Assembly: GCA_050014535.1 (NCBI GenBank)
Contig: JBEKDC010000006.1
Span: 1 to 48,118, forward strand
Direction: 5' to 3'
Length of the DNA: 48,118 nucleotides
DNA from: Rhizomicrobium sp.
GTDB lineage: Bacteria; Pseudomonadota; Alphaproteobacteria; Micropepsales; Micropepsaceae
Part shown: positions 47,217 to 48,118 of the stretch, one piece after another
How positions within the stretch are numbered: position 1 is the first letter of the stretch
Layout: every line of letters begins with the position of its first letter
Translations under genes and position numbers: made by a program
The notes under the pieces: generated by a model
Databases searched by the model: none
Seen by the model: the letters and a program-made list of their open reading frames with translations, nothing else
What the model was told of the DNA's origin: nothing

Positions 47217-48118
47217 CTACAACGCGTCGATCGACTCCGCGTGCGTTTCCCATTGCGCTTTAAGTTCGGCCGCGATGTCCGGATAGCGGTCTTCCGCCGC
47301 CTCTTTCAGCTTCGGCAGGTGATAGGAGGGGAACAGGTCGTTGTCGGGGCGATAATCGCGCAGCACCTGCTTGGCGACCGTCACCTTGTGCACTTCCGTG
47401 GGCCCGTCGGCGATGCCCATCACCATGGAGCCCAACAGCATCTGCGTGAACGGCATTTCGTTGGAGACTCCCAGCGCGCCGTGCAGATGCATCGCGGCGG
47501 ATGCGATGTCGTGATAGACCTTTGGCATCGCGACCTTCACGGCCGCGATGTCCTTGCGAACTTTTCGATAATCCTTGTACTTGTCGATGCGCCAGGCCGT
47601 CTGCAGCACCAGTAAACGAAACTGCTCGAGCGCGATCCAGCTGTCCGCGATCTGCTCCTGCACCATCTGGTAATCGGAAATCCGGCCGTTGCGCGTGGTG
47701 CGCGAGACGGCGCGCTTGCACATCAGGTCGAGCGCCTTCTTGCATTGGCCGACCGTGCGCATCGCATGATGCACGCGTCCGCCGCCCAGCCGCGTCTGCC
47801 CGATCACGAAGGCCGCGCCCCGCTCGCCCAGCAGCGCATCGTAAGGCACGCGCACATCGGTATAGCGCATATAGCCTTCGGAACCGCGCCGCTCCGTGCC
47901 CACGCCGACATAGCGCACGACCTCCACGCCTTTCGTCTTGCGCGGCACAAGGAACATCGACATACGCCGATAGGGATCCTTGTGATCGGGATCGGTGACG
48001 GCATAGACCACCAGCACTTCGGCATTGCGCGCGCCGGAGGTGAACCATTTCTCGCCGTTGATTACCCACTCATTGCCGTCGAGCACGGCGCTGGTGGTGA
48101 AACCCAGCGGATCGGAAC
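47217..48118 (-). CDS. Acyl-CoA dehydrogenase, 5'-truncated by window edge
   Basis: WVINGEKWFTS, QTRLGGGRVHH, HGALGVS and IADGPTEVH motifs; frame open to the window end. Confidence 0.92.
   Translation of the reverse strand, partial: SDPLGFTTSAVLDGNEWVINGEKWFTSGARNAEVLVVYAVTDPDHKDPYRRMSMFLVPRKTKGVEVVRYVGVGTERRGSEGYMRYTDVRVPYDALLGERGAAFVIGQTRLGGGRVHHAMRTVGQCKKALDLMCKRAVSRTTRNGRISDYQMVQEQIADSWIALEQFRLLVLQTAWRIDKYKDYRKVRKDIAAVKVAMPKVYHDIASAAMHLHGALGVSNEMPFTQMLLGSMVMGIADGPTEVHKVTVAKQVLRDYRPDNDLFPSYHLPKLKEAAEDRYPDIAAELKAQWETHAESIDAL

Overview
GC-rich alphaproteobacterial chromosome segment. The phylum-level call rests on gcrA plus the hslO-argF-argD and phoR-phoU-phoB blocks; finer taxonomy cannot be fixed from sequence alone. 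The conserved backbone hslO-argF-argD <- gcrA -> ... <- phoB-phoU-phoR is interrupted by about 18 kb of accessory genes: a RelE/HTH toxin-antitoxin pair whose toxin has an ATA start, a tRNA-3'-end-like scar, a TAP-like hydrolase, a TonB receptor, a secreted tyrosinase-HEAT fusion with a heme-motif-less cytochrome-c-like partner, and a 1420-aa protein with 543-bp tandem repeats. pstSCAB is absent between phoR and phoU, although a three-unit Pho box remains. The right half carries lipid-catabolism genes, a frameshifted hydrolase, and the most unusual locus (35.5-42.9 kb). That locus has a SAM methyltransferase translationally coupled to molybdenum-storage-protein genes (mosB/mosA-like), divergent from a Tat multicopper oxidase, a His-rich Spy/CpxP-like protein and a low-GC membrane protein. 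The membrane protein carries silicon transporter (SIT/SIT-L) motifs (EGxH...GRQ...GQxxxQ) fused to extra N- and C-terminal domains. No rRNA, complete tRNA, CRISPR array, transposase or integrase was seen. All family calls come from motif recognition by eye; no searches were run.
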